Assembly (NCBI GenBank): GCA_038248345.1
Contig: JBBRXO010000091.1
Coordinates: 1 to 10,710, forward strand
Direction of reading: 5' to 3'
Origin: Armatimonadota bacterium
Lineage (GTDB): Bacteria > Armatimonadota > Hebobacteria > CAIYQO01
DNA length: 10,710 nt
A model generated the notes under the pieces. It saw only the letters and a program-made list of their open reading frames with translations, searched no databases and had not been told where the DNA came from. Shown in pieces: positions 7,051 to 10,710 of the stretch. The translations under genes and the position numbers were made by a program. Numbering within the stretch: position 1 is the first letter of the stretch; each line of letters begins with the position of its first letter.

Positions 7051-7103
7051 ACCTAACCCCCGGCCTCTTTCCTGCGAGGGAAGGGGGGCCGGGGGGGGTA
7101 GGT
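7051..7103 (+). repeat. Long imperfect GC-rich inverted repeat (hairpin)
   Basis: ACCTAACCCCCGGCCTCTTTCCT-GCG-AGGGAAGGGGGGCCGGGGGGGGTAGGT. About 22 pairs including two G-T wobbles, with small bulges. Confidence 0.8.
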
Positions 7104-7179
7104 AGACCTACGTTCCCAGGGTTGATTACACCTTTTCCATTTCCATTCCGATAAAGATTATACGCTATTTGCTCGTTCT

Positions 7180-7202
7180 CATGGGCGGGCCGCCCATGCT
7201 AC
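7180..7202 (-). repeat. REP-like hairpin: GTAG + 8-bp stem + 3-nt loop
   Basis: Minus strand GTAG-CATGGGCG-GCC-CGCCCATG, perfect stem. Confidence 0.75.
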
Positions 7203-7204
7203 GG

Positions 7205-7229
7205 GCAGGCGAGACGCCTGCGCTCCCAG
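7205..7229 (-). repeat. REP-like hairpin: GGAG-C + 7-bp stem + 3-nt loop
   Basis: Minus strand CTG-GGAG-C-GCAGGCG-TCT-CGCCTGC, starting 7 bp after the fnlA stop. A degenerate copy is at 7098-7119. Confidence 0.7.
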
Positions 7230-7236
7230 GGGGGAT

Positions 7237-8259
7237 TCACACTTCTACTTTTTCCCCACGCAGGGCTTGTTGGACGCAGTCCAGTTTCAATAATAGTTCG
7301 CACATGCCGTCCACGTCACGCAGGTTGACGTTGTGGGAGTTATAATCCACTTGCTCGGCGACTTCGTGGCGGCCTTCGCTGAAGAACTGGGCGTAGTTGA
7401 GGTCACGGTTATCGGCGGCGACGCGGAAGTAGTCGTCCATGTCCTCGGCCACCACCATCTCTTCGCGGGTCAGCAGCGTTTCATAGAGCTTCTCGCCATG
7501 GCGGGTGCCGATTATTTCGATGGGAGTAGTGGATTTCATCAGTTTGTTTAGCGCCAGCGCCAGGGTCTCAATGGTGCAACTCGGGGCCTTCTGCACGAAA
7601 GTATCGCCGGGATTGCCATGCTGGAAGGCGTAGAGTACCAGGTCGACAGCGTCCTCGATGGTCATCATAAAGCGCGTCATGGCTGGTTCGGTCAAGGTCA
7701 ACGGTTTGCCGTCCTGAATCTGCTTGAGAAAGAGGGGGATTACTGAGCCGCGGCTGGCCATCACATTGCCATAGCGGGTGATGCAAATCACCGGGTGTTT
7801 GCCCGCCACGCGCGACTTGGCAACAGCCAGCTTCTCCATCATCGCCTTGCTGATGCCCATGGCGTTGATGGGGTAGACGGCCTTGTCGGTACTGAGGACG
7901 ATGAGGCGTTGCACGCCACTTTGGATGGCGGCATTGAGCACATTCTCCGTCCCCAGGGCATTGGTGCGCAGTGCCTCCAGCGGGAAGAACTCGCAGGAGG
8001 GTACCTGCTTCAGTGCAGCGGCATGAAAGACGAAGTCGACCCCGGACATCGCATCGCGCAGCGAGCTTTCGTTACGTACGTCGCCGATGTAAAACTTCAG
8101 CTTCGGGTTGGCATAAACCTTACGCATATCGTCCTGCTTCTTCTCATCACGAGAAAAAACGCGAATCTCCCCGATACCCGTCTCCAGAAAGCGGCGCAAA
8201 ACCGCATTGCCGAAGGTGCCGGTGCCGCCGGTGATAAGTAGAGTTTTATTTTTGAACAT
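7237..8259 (-). CDS. fnlA: FnlA (WbjB/CapE): UDP-GlcNAc 4,6-dehydratase/5-epimerase
   Basis: TGGTGTFG, FSRDEKKQDDMR, HAAALKQVPSCEFFP, STDKAVYPINAMGISKA (the MxxxK variant typical of CapE/FnlA), RYGNVMASRGSVIP, RHGEKLYETL, YNSHN. Confidence 0.95.
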   Translation of the reverse strand: MFKNKTLLITGGTGTFGNAVLRRFLETGIGEIRVFSRDEKKQDDMRKVYANPKLKFYIGDVRNESSLRDAMSGVDFVFHAAALKQVPSCEFFPLEALRTNALGTENVLNAAIQSGVQRLIVLSTDKAVYPINAMGISKAMMEKLAVAKSRVAGKHPVICITRYGNVMASRGSVIPLFLKQIQDGKPLTLTEPAMTRFMMTIEDAVDLVLYAFQHGNPGDTFVQKAPSCTIETLALALNKLMKSTTPIEIIGTRHGEKLYETLLTREEMVVAEDMDDYFRVAADNRDLNYAQFFSEGRHEVAEQVDYNSHNVNLRDVDGMCELLLKLDCVQQALRGEKVEV

Positions 8260-8270
8260 GGTTATTACCT

Positions 8271-9215
8271 TTATTTAGAAAATGAGTTTTTATACCACTC
8301 CACAGTCCGCCGCAGCCCCGCAGGGAAGTCTACCTCTACTTCGTATTCGAGTAGTTCCCGGGCCAAGTCAATATCAGCCAGTGAGTGAAGGACATCGCCG
8401 GTGCGCCGTGGTTGGAACATCGGTTTAACATCTGTATTCAGCGCGGCATTGATGCCAGCGAGCAGGTCGAGCAGGGTGTACGAGCCGCCGCAGGCCACGT
8501 TCATCACTTTGCCGGCTACCGGGTTAGTGGTGGTGGCAGCTAGTACGTTGGCGCGCACGTTGTTGCGCACAAAGGTGAAGTCGCGGGATTGGGTGCCGTC
8601 ACCATAAATCTCCGGCTGGCGACCTTCCAATACTGCGGAGATGAACTTGGGGATTACGGCACTGTACTGGCTGGTGGGATCCTGGCGTGGGCCGAAGACA
8701 TTGAAGTAACGTAACCCCACCGTCTCCAGGCCCATACTGGCGGTGTAGGCACTGCAGAAGTACTCCCCGGCCAGCTTGGCGGCGGCGTAGGGCGAGAGCG
8801 GGCGGGGAAGCAAGGTCTCCACTTTTGCGGGTACAGTTTGGTTCCCATAGGCGGAAGAGGAGGCGGCATAGACCAGACGCCGGACCTTCGCCTTGGCCGC
8901 GGCATCGAGCAATGTCACTGTTCCAATGACATTATTATAGGTGGTGCGGACAGGCTCAGCAATGGAGCGTGGTACCGAGGGGATGGCCGCCTGGTGCAGG
9001 ACGTAGTCGATGTCAGCACAGGCGCGTGCACAGACTTCGGCATCGCACAGATCGCCCTCGATGAAGTCTAGCTGCTCCAGGTAAGGGGCAATATTGTGGC
9101 GTTTCCCAGTGGAGAGGTTGTCAACCACACGCACGGTTTCACCCTGCTCAAGCAGATACTCCACAATATTCGAGCCAATGAATCCGGCACCGCCGGTGAC
9201 GAGATAGTTAGCCAT
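8271..9215 (-). CDS. wbpP: NAD-dependent SDR epimerase, WbpP/TviC-like UDP-GlcNAc(A) 4-epimerase
   Basis: TGGAGFIGS, HQAAIPSVPRSI, SSSAYG, PYAAAK, LRYFNVFGPRQDP..YSAVIPKF, GDVLHSLADI. Starts 2 bp after the dehydrogenase stop. Confidence 0.82.
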   Translation of the reverse strand: MANYLVTGGAGFIGSNIVEYLLEQGETVRVVDNLSTGKRHNIAPYLEQLDFIEGDLCDAEVCARACADIDYVLHQAAIPSVPRSIAEPVRTTYNNVIGTVTLLDAAAKAKVRRLVYAASSSAYGNQTVPAKVETLLPRPLSPYAAAKLAGEYFCSAYTASMGLETVGLRYFNVFGPRQDPTSQYSAVIPKFISAVLEGRQPEIYGDGTQSRDFTFVRNNVRANVLAATTTNPVAGKVMNVACGGSYTLLDLLAGINAALNTDVKPMFQPRRTGDVLHSLADIDLARELLEYEVEVDFPAGLRRTVEWYKNSFSK

Positions 9216-9217
9216 TG

Positions 9218-10486
9218 TTATAGACTCCAGTATGAAACGCTGGCGGGCAATGTTGCCCGATCAAATACTGATTTTACATCGATCATGATACCGCCGGGTT
9301 TTAACCTGCTAATGATATCATTTTTATCATAGTGATGGTGAGGCACGGCAAAAATGACCATGTCCAAGTCGGCCATATTTTCTTCGGTAGATAGCTGCAG
9401 CTTATACTCATGGTGGAACTCTTCCGCGTCTACCATGGGGTCGTGCAACATCGGTGTGATGCCATATGCTTGTAATTCAAAGACGATATCGGGGACGCGA
9501 CTATTGCGAATGTCAGGGACATCTTCCTTAAAGGTGACGCCGAACACCCCAACGCGGGCATTCTTCAAGTGTACCCCGGATTTAGCCAGAAATTGAACGG
9601 CTTTGCGGGCAACGAAAGCGCCCATGCCGTCATTGATCCGCCGTCCAGCGAGGATAACTTCTGGCTGATAGCCCAGTTCTTCCGCTCGGGTGGTCAGATA
9701 ATAGGGATCTACACCTATGCAATGTCCACCCACCAGGCCGGGAGTGAAGTTGAGGAAGTTCCATTTGGTGCCAGCAGCGGCCAATACATCCTTCGTCGAG
9801 ATACCCATTAGATCAAAGATACGCGAAAGCTCATTCATCAGGGCGATGTTCAGGTCGCGTTGGGTATTTTCAATAACCTTCGCCGCTTCAGCGACCATGA
9901 TAGATGAGGCACGATGCACGCCGGCGTCAATAATGGCCCCATATGTAGTTGCTACGCGATCAAGTGTCGCAGCATCTTCGCCGGATACTACTTTGACAAT
10001 GCGCTGGAGGGTGTGCTCTTTATCACCGGGATTGATTCTTTCCGGTGAGTAACCAAGCTTAAAGTCCACCCCTTGTTTCAGCCCAGAAACGCTCTCCAAT
10101 ATTGGCCCACAGATATCCTCCGTCACGCCGGGATAGACCGTTGATTCATAGACCACGACAGCGCCAGGCTGGATGACACGCCCGACAAACTCCGAAGCCT
10201 TGCGCACGGGGGTGAGGTCAGGGCGATTTGCTTTATCAATAGGGGTGGGCACGGCGATAACAAAGAAAGTCGCCTCACGAAGAAGTTCAGCATCAGCGGT
10301 GAAGACAATCGAAGAGGATAATTCAGCGGCAGTACTTTCGCCGGTCCGATCATATCCCTTAGATAACTCGTCGATACGCCGGGTGTTGATATCAAACCCG
10401 ATGGTACCAGGGAATTTCTCGGCAAAGGCCAAGGCAACCGGAAGCCCGACATAACCGAGACCTATTACAGCTATTTTCTCTTTCAT
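9218..10486 (-). CDS. wbpO: UDP-N-acetylhexosamine 6-dehydrogenase, WbpO/TviB-like (UDP-GalNAcA/GlcNAcA forming)
   Basis: GLGYVG, YESTVYPG, SPERINPGD, AEAAKVIENTQRDLNIA, PGLVGGHCIGVDPYYL (catalytic Cys), TFKEDVPDIRNS. RBS AGGGGG. Confidence 0.87.
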   Translation of the reverse strand: MKEKIAVIGLGYVGLPVALAFAEKFPGTIGFDINTRRIDELSKGYDRTGESTAAELSSSIVFTADAELLREATFFVIAVPTPIDKANRPDLTPVRKASEFVGRVIQPGAVVVYESTVYPGVTEDICGPILESVSGLKQGVDFKLGYSPERINPGDKEHTLQRIVKVVSGEDAATLDRVATTYGAIIDAGVHRASSIMVAEAAKVIENTQRDLNIALMNELSRIFDLMGISTKDVLAAAGTKWNFLNFTPGLVGGHCIGVDPYYLTTRAEELGYQPEVILAGRRINDGMGAFVARKAVQFLAKSGVHLKNARVGVFGVTFKEDVPDIRNSRVPDIVFELQAYGITPMLHDPMVDAEEFHHEYKLQLSTEENMADLDMVIFAVPHHHYDKNDIISRLKPGGIMIDVKSVFDRATLPASVSYWSL

Positions 10487-10601
10487 TTTACCCCCTAAAT
10501 TGAATCAGTGATTTCAAATGTCCTAGTGGCGATTTATGCCTCTTAATATATGTCAGTTGCACAAGTACCCTGGAGCATCTATTTTAGCGCCTACCCCCAA
10601 C

Positions 10602-10710
10602 GCCCAGCCGTGAACGACTGGGCTAGTGGCTCCGCCGATCACCCTTCGGGTGGGTACACTTTTCCCCATTCGACACGCCCGAAGAACTTTCAGCCTGGTC
10701 GTTCACGGCC
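10602..10710. repeat. Inverted pair of hairpin repeats (REPIN/BIME-like or IS200/IS605-end-like), second copy cut by window edge
   Basis: Copy 1 on the minus strand: TAGCCCAGTCG-TTCA-CGGCTGGGC (10625-10602). Copy 2 on the plus strand: CAGCCTGGTCG-TTCA-CGGCC... (10691-10710). Internal mini-hairpin CACCC-TTC-GGGTG at 10640-10652. Confidence 0.7.

Noticed and set aside
7157..7162. Promoters from perfect minus-strand TATAAT at 7162-7157 and 5660-5655
   Set aside because: No acceptable -35 or TGn extension at the proper spacing, so they cannot be supported from sequence alone.
7051..7229. Intrinsic terminators from the spacer hairpins (also 5783-5801)
   Set aside because: None is followed by a convincing T-tract in the operon direction.
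7333..10454. Alternative ORFs overlapping fnlA, wbpP and wbpO
   Set aside because: Antisense or off-frame shadows of conserved genes with no independent evidence.
10585..10605. ops/JUMPstart element (minus strand GGGGGTAGGCGC)
   Set aside because: It differs from GGCGGTAGnnTG at key positions and there is no JUMPstart context.

Overview
The window is mostly a minus-strand surface-polysaccharide (O-antigen/capsule/EPS) gene cluster. In transcription order it reads wbpO-like UDP-HexNAc dehydrogenase, wbpP-like UDP-GlcNAc 4-epimerase, fnlA, fnlB, fnlC (UDP-L-FucNAc pathway), a WbuB-like GT4 glycosyltransferase, a GNAT acyltransferase, a DegT-family sugar aminotransferase and a small monotopic phosphoglycosyl transferase (PGT). 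The cluster ends head-on against the right end of an IS256-family element (1-484, transposase truncated by the window edge). The genes are ordinary; the spacers are the unusual part. The normally tightly coupled fnlA/fnlB/fnlC genes are separated by 303 bp and 177 bp spacers with a shared layout: a GTAG/GGAG-footed REP-like hairpin just after the upstream stop, a shared ~15-bp box, and heptamer tandem repeats before the next RBS. The larger spacer also holds a long imperfect hairpin and a degenerate duplication of the fnlA 3' end with a compensatory stem change. An inverted pair of another hairpin repeat family sits upstream of wbpO. Also seen: a near-consensus internal sigma70-type promoter, an outward IS promoter pointing antisense to the cluster, and abrupt GC shifts inside fnlC. 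All protein calls come from motif recognition by eye; no searches were run.
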